Assembly: GCA_051866635.1 (NCBI GenBank)
Contig: JBJDXJ010000019.1
Span: 1-59,145 of the forward strand
Source: Clostridia bacterium
Lineage (GTDB): Bacteria; Bacillota; Clostridia; UMGS1883
Reading direction: 5' to 3'
Length of the DNA stretch: 59,145 nt
Of this stretch, positions 51,528 to 59,145 are shown piece after piece. The notes beneath the pieces were generated by a model. That model worked only from the letters and a program-made list of their open reading frames with translations, was not told the DNA's origin and did not search any database. How positions within the stretch are numbered: the first letter of the stretch is position 1; each line of letters opens with the position of its first letter. Position numbers and translations under genes: made by a program.

Positions 51528-51689
51528 GGGCTGTAAAAAAAGTGGCTCTGAGATAACAAAAAGACCATTTCGGACTGTCCCAACAAAACCTTTAGAGGTT
51601 TCTTTGGCAAATTGTCTCCCAATTTGCCATAAGGGGGACTGTCTCAAATGGTCTAACTTATTTCTTTAGAGACTTTCTTTACAGCCTCC
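51528..51689. mobile_element. MITE-like ~160-bp element (copy 2)
   Basis: GGGCTGTAAAAAAAGT...ACTTTCTTTACAGCC ends; internal sequence matches 9999-10159. Confidence 0.75.
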
Positions 51690-51697
51690 TTTTTAGT

Positions 51698-53338
51698 TTA
51701 TGATAACACTTCAAAAAAGAAGTTGTCCTTCGTTTTTCCCGTAAAGTTTTTGCCTTTGAAAACACTTATAATTTCTTTTGAGTCGTTTTCAACCTTTCCC
51801 TTTGTTTCAAGTTCATATGCCGTTCCCTCTATAGTTCGGGCAATTTCCGTAAGAGGTGTTACAGCACCTGATAAAAGCACAATAAGAGATAACACAAGGG
51901 GAAGCGTTTGCCCCTTAAGCTTAAAATCCTTAACCGATTCGGTTATTAAAAGACACATTACCAAAAGAGCGGGGATAGATGCACGCATACAAAAGTCAAT
52001 TGATTTACCCACGGTGAAAAAGGGGATGATGAGAAGTGAAACAAAGGCTATAAAATAAAGTGAACTGCTTTTAAATTTCGGAAAGGCAATAAGTGCAATA
52101 ATAATTAAGTCAATTATTATAAAAAGGAGATAGTAAGAAACTTTAACACGTGGAAGCTTTGCAAATAAGTACGCTATAGGTAAAGAGGGCAAAAGATACA
52201 TAATATGCACCTTTTTAAAGCTGTCACCTCGGTTTAAACCAAGGTACAGTAAAAGCCATAATAATAAAATGACAAAGAAATTTCCGAAAGAAAATGCTGA
52301 AACTAAATTGTTTGCACTACTTTGACCTGCACCTGCGGATGATGCAATATTTCCCTTAAGGTATAAAAATGTCAATATACCGCTGTAGCCACCGCCTAAA
52401 ATGTTCTGAAAAGTAAAAAGGGAGGTGAAGGAGGCTTTAAAATCCTTCGTAAATTTTCTTTCAAATATAGCATCCTCGTGGTTTGTAAAGGCACACCACA
52501 AGAAAATGGGGATAAGACCCACAAAGGGAAAAGGACTTGATAAAAGTGTAAGACCCATAATAAAAACAAGGTTTTTGTTGTTTTTTTCAATTAAAATCAG
52601 AAGTGTTGCAAGCCATGCGGGAATACACTGGTTAAAAACCCAAAAAAGCTGTGTTGTGTGGGAGGAATACTGAAAGTTTCTTGCCCACCATTCAAGATGA
52701 CGTGTTAAAATGCTTCCCTCAGAAAATGCCCATTGACCGACTTGAAGCTTACTTAAATTTTCACCAAATACATTAACTAACGTATGCCCTAAAATATCGG
52801 GTGCTGAAAAGAACATAAATATTATAAGGGGATATATGACAATTTTTTTGTGAATGACACATAAAAGATACCACAGTATAAAAAGTCCCGTAATTGCCCA
52901 TATAATCGAGAATATATATCCTACCTCCAAACTTGTCAGCTTACCTATAAAAGCAGAGGGAAGCCAGAAGCCTATGTAATAAATAAGCCCCACTTCCTCG
53001 CCGTTTATAACCTCGGTTGGCGGCCATGAGTATTTTACGAGAATATCAAAAATGGTGTTACGTGTGGCGTGGTCGTTATTTTGCCAAAAAACATTGCCTA
53101 CGCCCGAAAGAAGAACCATCAATGTTATAAATAAAAGACCTATAACAATCTTTGGAACATCTTTTTTATTAAACTTAATTCCATTTAGTCCTTCAGAGTC
53201 AAATGCCGCAAAAATAACAGAAAAAACTGTTCCGAGAAATAGAGCATTTGACAGAGTAAACTCTACAAAGCCCAATGCAAAAATCACAAAGGGCAGAGCA
53301 ATGTAAGTGTATATAAATGCAGGTATTATTTTTTTCAT
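51698..53338 (-). CDS. polytopic membrane protein, possible GT-C-type transferase
   Basis: more than 10 TM segments, early loop NNDHATRN, YYIGFWLP; divergent from GT2/GtrA cluster. Confidence 0.55.
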   Translation of the reverse strand: MKKIIPAFIYTYIALPFVIFALGFVEFTLSNALFLGTVFSVIFAAFDSEGLNGIKFNKKDVPKIVIGLLFITLMVLLSGVGNVFWQNNDHATRNTIFDILVKYSWPPTEVINGEEVGLIYYIGFWLPSAFIGKLTSLEVGYIFSIIWAITGLFILWYLLCVIHKKIVIYPLIIFMFFSAPDILGHTLVNVFGENLSKLQVGQWAFSEGSILTRHLEWWARNFQYSSHTTQLFWVFNQCIPAWLATLLILIEKNNKNLVFIMGLTLLSSPFPFVGLIPIFLWCAFTNHEDAIFERKFTKDFKASFTSLFTFQNILGGGYSGILTFLYLKGNIASSAGAGQSSANNLVSAFSFGNFFVILLLWLLLYLGLNRGDSFKKVHIMYLLPSLPIAYLFAKLPRVKVSYYLLFIIIDLIIIALIAFPKFKSSSLYFIAFVSLLIIPFFTVGKSIDFCMRASIPALLVMCLLITESVKDFKLKGQTLPLVLSLIVLLSGAVTPLTEIARTIEGTAYELETKGKVENDSKEIISVFKGKNFTGKTKDNFFFEVLS

Positions 53339-53479
53339 GATTTCTACCGCCTTTCAGAAAGAGTATATAATAATTGTTGGAATATTGTCAATAAAACTTA
53401 TACAAAAGTTTGACATATTACGTTTTTTTTGTTAAAATAAAAGATGGTGTTTTATTATTTGTTAAAGAGGGATTAAACA

Positions 53480-54427
53480 ATGAAAAAGATAAGCGTGGTT
53501 ATTCCCACATACAATGAGGAAGAAAATGTTCATGCAATGGCAGAAGCTGTAACTGCTCTTTTTGATGTACAGCTTGAAGATTATGACCATGAAATTATTT
53601 TTATAGATAACTGCTCTTGTGACAGGACACAGGAGTATCTTGAAGAAATATGCAAAAAAGATAAAAAAATAAAAGCTATTTTTAATGCTAAAAATTTCGG
53701 ACAGTTTAATTCTCCCTATTACGGACTTTTGCAGTCCACAGGGGATTGTGCCGTACTTCTTGCGGCAGATTTTCAGGACCCTGTTGATTTAATTGTGAAT
53801 TTTGTAAGAGAGTGGGAAAAGGGCGGATACAACATTGTGTGCGGTGTCAAAACCTCCAGCCGTGAAAATAAGCTTGTCTACGCTTTGAGAACTCTTTATT
53901 ATAAAATGATAAAGAGCATGAGCGACGTTGAACAGATTGAACATTTTACAGGTTTTGCATTGTATGACAAAAGTTTTATTGAAGTCCTCCGAAGCCTTGA
54001 CGACCCCAAGCCTTTCCTTCGGGGTATTGTGGCAGAGCTTGGCGGCAAAAGAAAAGAAATTGAATATACCCAGCCTAAAAGACGGGCAGGAAAAACAAAA
54101 AACAACTGGTACTCCTTATATGATGCGGCAATGCTCAGTTTCACTTCATATACTAAAATAGGTCTTCGCCTTGCAACCTTCGGAGGTTTCTTTGTGGGAT
54201 TTGCAAGTTTTATAATCGGTATTATATACCTTGTTTTAAAACTTATGTACTGGAACCGCTTTGCCGCAGGGCAAGCACCCATACTTTTGGGTATGCTGTT
54301 TTTAGGTGCAATACAGCTTATATTTATCGGATTTTTAGGCGAATATATTATCAGCATCAACAGCCGTGTTATGAAGCGTCCTTTGGTTGTTGAGGAAAAA
54401 AGGGTAAATTTCGATGATGAGCAATGA
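53480..54427 (+). CDS. GT2 glycosyltransferase, GtrB/undecaprenyl-P sugar synthase-like
   Basis: ISVVIPTYNEE, IDNCS.D, ADFQDP, two C-terminal TMs, GEYI...RP. Confidence 0.9.
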   Translation: MKKISVVIPTYNEEENVHAMAEAVTALFDVQLEDYDHEIIFIDNCSCDRTQEYLEEICKKDKKIKAIFNAKNFGQFNSPYYGLLQSTGDCAVLLAADFQDPVDLIVNFVREWEKGGYNIVCGVKTSSRENKLVYALRTLYYKMIKSMSDVEQIEHFTGFALYDKSFIEVLRSLDDPKPFLRGIVAELGGKRKEIEYTQPKRRAGKTKNNWYSLYDAAMLSFTSYTKIGLRLATFGGFFVGFASFIIGIIYLVLKLMYWNRFAAGQAPILLGMLFLGAIQLIFIGFLGEYIISINSRVMKRPLVVEEKRVNFDDEQ

Positions 54428-55256
54428 TGAAAAACTTGAGGGCCTTCACAAAATATCAATGGCTCTTTTAAAAGAGGCAGACAAGGCAATGAAAGAGGAA
54501 AACTGCCTTTATATGCTTGATGCAGGCACCCTTTTAGGTGCAATCCGTCACAGAGGCTTCATACCTTGGGACGATGACGCAGACATATGCATGATGCGTG
54601 AGGAATACGACAAATTCCTAAAATGTGCGAAGAAACACTTTTCGGGAGATTTTGAATTTATCCTTCCCGGGAAAAAGGGAGATAATAAGTTTTACGACTT
54701 TGTCCCTAAAATAATCTGTAAAAAAGCGGTTGTTGATAAAGGCAGTGAGGATTATAAGTTTTACGATGGAAAATATTCCTATCCTGCACTGGATATTTTT
54801 GTTATAGATAAAGTTCCTGACAGTAAAATAGGTCAATTACTTCATACAAAGCTTTTGATTTTCATATACGGCTTGGCAATGGGACACAGAAGAAATATTG
54901 ATTATTCAAAATACTCGATGCAGGAAGGTGTAGTTATAAGGGTTTTGTCGGCAGTGGGCAAAATTATCCCCCTTCATGTAACTGCACGTATGTACGACAA
55001 AGCCGCCTGTATGTTTATGCATAAGAATAAAGCCCATGTTATGAGTACACATTCGGCAATGGACCACTTTGGTGATGTTTATAAGTATGACTGGTACAAG
55101 GAAATTTCCTACGGCATTATTGAGGGTGAAAAGTTTCCCGTGCCTTTTGGCTACCACGAAATTCTTACAAAGCATTATAAGGACTATATGGCTCTTCCGC
55201 CAATTTGTTTACGAAAGCCAAAGCATTTAGATTTTGATAAGGTTGAATTTCTATGA
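54414..55256 (+). CDS. LicD-family phosphotransferase
   Basis: GTLLGAIRHRGFIPWDDDADI, LDIF, YKDYMALPP. Confidence 0.92.
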   Translation: MMSNDEKLEGLHKISMALLKEADKAMKEENCLYMLDAGTLLGAIRHRGFIPWDDDADICMMREEYDKFLKCAKKHFSGDFEFILPGKKGDNKFYDFVPKIICKKAVVDKGSEDYKFYDGKYSYPALDIFVIDKVPDSKIGQLLHTKLLIFIYGLAMGHRRNIDYSKYSMQEGVVIRVLSAVGKIIPLHVTARMYDKAACMFMHKNKAHVMSTHSAMDHFGDVYKYDWYKEISYGIIEGEKFPVPFGYHEILTKHYKDYMALPPICLRKPKHLDFDKVEFL

Positions 55257-55699
55257 AGGAATTTTTTGAAATTATATTTTCATTTAATTTTAAGAGGATA
55301 TTTCACGAGCCTACAAAAAATACCTTTCTACAGTTTTTCAGGTACGCTTTTGTAGGGGCTATTGCAACAATTGCAGACTGGGCAGTTTTTTATATAGCCT
55401 CTACTGTAGGTGTTTTTTACATGATAAGCGGTGTGTTGGCGTTTACCTTGGGGCTTTTAGTTAATTTTTTACTGTCGAAAAAGTTCGTCTTTTCGGGAGA
55501 AGGGACACGTCACTCTGTAAAAGAGGAATTTGCGGTGTACGCCATAGTAGGGCTTATAGGTCTTTGTCTGACAGAAATTATCATCTATGTTTTAACTGAA
55601 AAAGTAAAAATGTATTTTATGATACCTAAAATAATTGCAACAGGCGTTGTCTTTGTATGGAACTTTGCCGCAAGGAAGGCTGTTTTATACAGAAGATAG
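55253..55699 (+). CDS. GtrA-family flippase-like protein
   Basis: [35 protein letters not shown]; four TMs. Confidence 0.9.
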   Translation: MKEFFEIIFSFNFKRIFHEPTKNTFLQFFRYAFVGAIATIADWAVFYIASTVGVFYMISGVLAFTLGLLVNFLLSKKFVFSGEGTRHSVKEEFAVYAIVGLIGLCLTEIIIYVLTEKVKMYFMIPKIIATGVVFVWNFAARKAVLYRR

Positions 55700-55715
55700 A
55701 AAGGCTGGGATTTTT

Positions 55716-57269
55716 ATGGAAAAGGTTATTATTGCCGGGGCGGGGCCTGCAGGGCTTACCGCCGCATATGAGCTTTTAAAAAGCGGCAAGGAATATGATA
55801 TTACAATTTTTGAAGAAAGCGATTCTATAGGCGGCATAAGCCGTACCGTAAAGCATAACGGAAACAGAATGGACATTGGCGGACATAGGTTTTTCTCAAA
55901 GGATAAGCGTGTTACTGACTGGTGGAAAAATATTATGCCCATGCAAGGGGCATTAAGCTATGACGATAAAATCTTAAAAAGGGAACGTGAAATTAGCCTT
56001 GGCGGACCTGACCCTGAAAAAACAGACAGGGTGATGTTAAAGCGGCAAAGGGTCTCAAGAATTTATTATAAAAAGAAATTTTTTGACTATCCCATAACAA
56101 TGAAGCCCCAAACATTTATTAATATGGGTGCAATTTCCACCGTTAAGGCAGGGGTCAGCTATTTAAAATCCACACAGAAAAAGCTTCCCGAGAACAATCT
56201 TGAAAACTTTTATATAAACAGATTTGGTAAGGTTTTATATTCCATGTTTTTTGAAGGGTACACGGAAAAACTCTGGGGCAGACATCCTTCTCAAATTTCT
56301 GCCGACTGGGGCGAGCAAAGGGTTAAAGGATTGTCAATTCGTGCAGTTTTGAAGGACATGATTGCAAAATTCAACAACAAGAAAGGCGAAGAAGAGGTTG
56401 AAACAAGCCTTATTGAGGAGTTTTCCTATCCTAAATTAGGCCCCGGTCAGCTTTGGGAAAAAGTCGCCGAAGAAGTTCAAAAAATGGGCGGTAAAATCAT
56501 GATGAACTGCTCAGTTAAAAAAATAATGAAAGACTCTGACAAAATTGTGGGAGTGCAGTATATTGAAAACAAAAAGGCAAGGGTTGAGGAATGTGATATT
56601 TTTATTTCTACCATGCCTGTGCGTGAATTAGTATCAGGGCTTAATAACGTTCCGGAGGAAATAAAAAATATTGCCAAGGGGCTTCCTTATAGGGATTTTG
56701 TAACTGTAGGGCTATTGGTTGATAAGCTCAACATTAAAAATAAAACAAAAATCAAAACAATTTCCAATATTGTTCCCGACTGCTGGATATATGTTCAGGA
56801 TACCGGAGTAAAATTGGGAAGAATACAGATTTTCAACAACTGGTCACCCTATATGGTAAAGGACGTTGAAAACACTGTTTGGATAGGTCTTGAGTATTTC
56901 TGCGAAGAAGGTGACAGCTTCTGGAATATGACAGATGAGGAAGCTATAAAATTTGCCACAGATGAGCTTATAAAAATGGGCATGATAAAAAAGAACACCA
57001 AAATTTTAGACAGCCACCGTGAAAAGGTGAAAAAGGCGTACCCTGCATATTTTGACACATATAATGAATTTGACAAGGTGATTGACTACCTTTCACAAAT
57101 TCCCAATATGTACTGCATAGGCAGAAACGGTCAGCACCGTTATAATAACATGGACCACTCCATGGTAACGGCTTTTGAAGCTGTTGACAATATAATAAAC
57201 GGAAAATGTGACAAGTCAAACATCTGGAATGTGAATACCGAAAAAGAGTATCACGAAACAAAAAAGTGA
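55716..57269 (+). CDS. FAD-dependent oxidoreductase, UDP-galactopyranose mutase/PPO-like
   Basis: [42 protein letters not shown]. Confidence 0.85.
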   Translation: MEKVIIAGAGPAGLTAAYELLKSGKEYDITIFEESDSIGGISRTVKHNGNRMDIGGHRFFSKDKRVTDWWKNIMPMQGALSYDDKILKREREISLGGPDPEKTDRVMLKRQRVSRIYYKKKFFDYPITMKPQTFINMGAISTVKAGVSYLKSTQKKLPENNLENFYINRFGKVLYSMFFEGYTEKLWGRHPSQISADWGEQRVKGLSIRAVLKDMIAKFNNKKGEEEVETSLIEEFSYPKLGPGQLWEKVAEEVQKMGGKIMMNCSVKKIMKDSDKIVGVQYIENKKARVEECDIFISTMPVRELVSGLNNVPEEIKNIAKGLPYRDFVTVGLLVDKLNIKNKTKIKTISNIVPDCWIYVQDTGVKLGRIQIFNNWSPYMVKDVENTVWIGLEYFCEEGDSFWNMTDEEAIKFATDELIKMGMIKKNTKILDSHREKVKKAYPAYFDTYNEFDKVIDYLSQIPNMYCIGRNGQHRYNNMDHSMVTAFEAVDNIINGKCDKSNIWNVNTEKEYHETKK

Positions 57270-57298
57270 TTGACATTGAAAAAATTATAATATATAAT
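57270..57298 (+). promoter_or_regulatory. sigma-A promoter
   Basis: perfect TTGACA-17 nt-TATAAT. Confidence 0.85.
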
Positions 57299-57307
57299 GC
57301 ACTTAAT

Positions 57308-57426
57308 TAGGGGAGTAGTTTGCCGCCTGTGCGGTAGCTTATAACGCCATACCCGAGTGATAACACTCCGTATAAGCTTTAAATGACAAGACCTGCGTAC
57401 AAAAGATGTACGTAGGTCTTTATTTC
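57308..57426 (+). ncRNA. yybP-ykoY (Mn2+) riboswitch with overlapping terminator
   Basis: 5' AGGGGAGTAG and 3' ACAAGACCT hallmark strands; terminator AAGACCTGCGTACA/TGTACGTAGGTCTT-tattt shares the 3' P1 strand. Confidence 0.8.
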
Positions 57427-57449
57427 ATTATAGAAGGAGAAATGTAAAA

Positions 57450-58484
57450 ATGATTTTTTTAGCCTATCTTTTTGTAGCGGCAGTTCTCGTGCTGTTTTCT
57501 GTCAAGTGTGCTGACTATGTTGACATGATTGACAAAAAAACAGACCTGTCAGGAGCCTTTATCGGCGGTGTTATTTTGGCGGCAGTAACAAGTTTGCCCG
57601 AGCTTATAACAAGTATATCTGCCGTTGCTTTAGGTAATGACGACCTTATTATCGGCAATGTTTTAGGCAGCGATTTGTTTAACCTTTGCATTTTCGGCGG
57701 CTTGACATTGATTTCTACAAAAGCGTTTGCCAAATCCTCTGTGGGTATATCAAACCTTAAAACTATAATTTGTACCATTTTGGCATATGTTGTAACAGGT
57801 TTTGTTCTCTTTAGCGATTTTAACACCACTATTCCCGGTGTTTCAATTAACTTTGTTTCAATCATTATTGTGATTTTATATGCCATTGCATGTAAGTTCA
57901 TGACGGGTGATGAATCTGAAAGTGACAGTGAGGATGATGAACTCCTTACATTAAAGCAAGTTGTCGTAAGATTTGTTCTCTGTGCCTCGGGTCTTGTTGC
58001 ATCAAGCGTTATCATCACACAAATTACAGACACAATTACAAAGGTTTATCCCATATTCGGTTCATCCCTTGCAGGTGCAATATTCCTTGGCGTTGCCACA
58101 TCTATCCCTGAATTAACAAGCAGTATCACTCTTGTAAGAAAGGGAAATTTCAACGCTATGGTAGGTAACGTAGTGGGAAGCAATATGTTTAATTTTATAA
58201 TTTTCTCTCTTGCTGATATCTTGGCTTTCAGAACTGATGTATACCATTCACTGGTGCCTGAAACTGTTACTATGGTAGGTTTTACAAGCTCTCAGCTTTT
58301 GATTGTATTCGGTCTTTTCTCCGCCTTTGTTACAGGGGCATCACTTATTGTAAAGTATAAAACATCAAAGAATTCAGAAGCTTCAAAAGGCTCTGTGGCA
58401 AATGTAATGATAAAAATTTTCGGTGCTTTAATACTTTTAAGCTATATTTCCTACCTTGTATGTTCAATGACGGTTGCTCCGTGA
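57450..58484 (+). CDS. CaCA-family (Na/Ca exchanger-like) cation antiporter
   Basis: alpha repeats TSLPEL...GNVLGSD and TSIPEL...GNVVGSN; about 10 TMs. Confidence 0.9.
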   Translation: MIFLAYLFVAAVLVLFSVKCADYVDMIDKKTDLSGAFIGGVILAAVTSLPELITSISAVALGNDDLIIGNVLGSDLFNLCIFGGLTLISTKAFAKSSVGISNLKTIICTILAYVVTGFVLFSDFNTTIPGVSINFVSIIIVILYAIACKFMTGDESESDSEDDELLTLKQVVVRFVLCASGLVASSVIITQITDTITKVYPIFGSSLAGAIFLGVATSIPELTSSITLVRKGNFNAMVGNVVGSNMFNFIIFSLADILAFRTDVYHSLVPETVTMVGFTSSQLLIVFGLFSAFVTGASLIVKYKTSKNSEASKGSVANVMIKIFGALILLSYISYLVCSMTVAP

Positions 58485-58492
58485 GGTGATAT

Positions 58493-59092
58493 ATGTATCC
58501 TACAGTAGAAACTGCATTAAAAGAGCTTGAAAAAGGTTACGAAATAAACCCTACCCGTTGGGTGGACCACGCAAGATATACCGGGGAAGCGGCAAGAAAC
58601 ATTGCCGCCTCTGCAGGACTGGACATCGAAAAGGCCTATGTGCTGGGACTTTTGCACGATATAGGCAGACGGTTCGGCTTTTCGGGTATACGCCACATTG
58701 TTGACGGGTATAATTATGCCATGGAAAAAGGCTGGGACAGTGTTGCAAGGATAAGCATGACACATTCCTTTGCAAAAAATGTGCCTACCATAAACCCCTC
58801 TATGATGGATTTGACTAAAGAGGAGTATGAGTTTACAAAAAACTACCTTTCATCTATCCAATATGACGATTACGACATTTTAATGCACCTTTGCGACAAC
58901 GTTGCTCTACATAGCGGATACGTGCTCATGGAAAAAAGGATGGTTGACATTTCCATGCGTCACGGTGTCCATGAAGGCACGGTTAAAAGATGGGAAAGTC
59001 TTTTTGAAATAAAAAACTATTTTGAAAAGAAAATGGGGCATAGCATTTACTCAGTTCTTCCGGGCGTTGTGGAAAATACCTTTGAATTTTAA
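58493..59092 (+). CDS. HD-domain protein
   Basis: WVDHA...GLLHDIGR...H...HS...CD. Confidence 0.82.
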   Translation: MYPTVETALKELEKGYEINPTRWVDHARYTGEAARNIAASAGLDIEKAYVLGLLHDIGRRFGFSGIRHIVDGYNYAMEKGWDSVARISMTHSFAKNVPTINPSMMDLTKEEYEFTKNYLSSIQYDDYDILMHLCDNVALHSGYVLMEKRMVDISMRHGVHEGTVKRWESLFEIKNYFEKKMGHSIYSVLPGVVENTFEF

Positions 59093-59136
59093 GGGGCTGT
59101 AGCAAAAAGATTTTTTAAATCGGGTTGACTACAGCC
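59093..59136. repeat. 44-bp palindromic repeat (copy 2), likely terminator
   Basis: reverse complement of 6825-6870 with one mismatch; directly after HD gene stop. Confidence 0.85.
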
Positions 59137-59145
59137 TTGTTTTTG

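Noticed and set aside
1-59145. CRISPR array, tRNA/rRNA genes, transposase or integrase
   Set aside because: None recognised by eye; no regularly spaced repeats were seen

Overview
A 59 kb chromosomal segment from a low-GC Firmicute (Clostridia-like, standard code; lineage inferred from gene content only). Most of it is housekeeping: recN-argR-nadK, rpoBC, rpsL-rpsG-fusA-tuf, hflX-yigZ, a lone type II topoisomerase B subunit, glyQS, citrate synthase, carAB, miaB and cls. It also carries two glycoside hydrolases (GH30, GH43) and a Gtr/LicD-type surface-modification cluster. The first ~6.9 kb is a visibly AT-richer accessory/defence island. Its centrepiece is an apparently complete retron with the order promoter - ncRNA (a1/a2 repeats, UUAG branch G, three msr hairpins, long msd hairpin) - NDT-like effector - reverse transcriptase, preceded by a 224-aa orphan gene whose stop codon is part of the retron promoter. 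The island also holds an HTH-Fic gene, a frameshifted SLOG gene and a decayed MuF-barnase toxin with an intact barstar. Other notable signals are a CarA lacking its whole Cys-His-Glu glutaminase triad, a yybP-ykoY Mn riboswitch ahead of a Ca/cation antiporter, two families of GGCTGTA...TACAGCC-ended repeats (~160 bp and ~45 bp), and a 59-aa gene missed by the ORF track. All family calls come from motif recognition by eye; no searches or folding programs were run.
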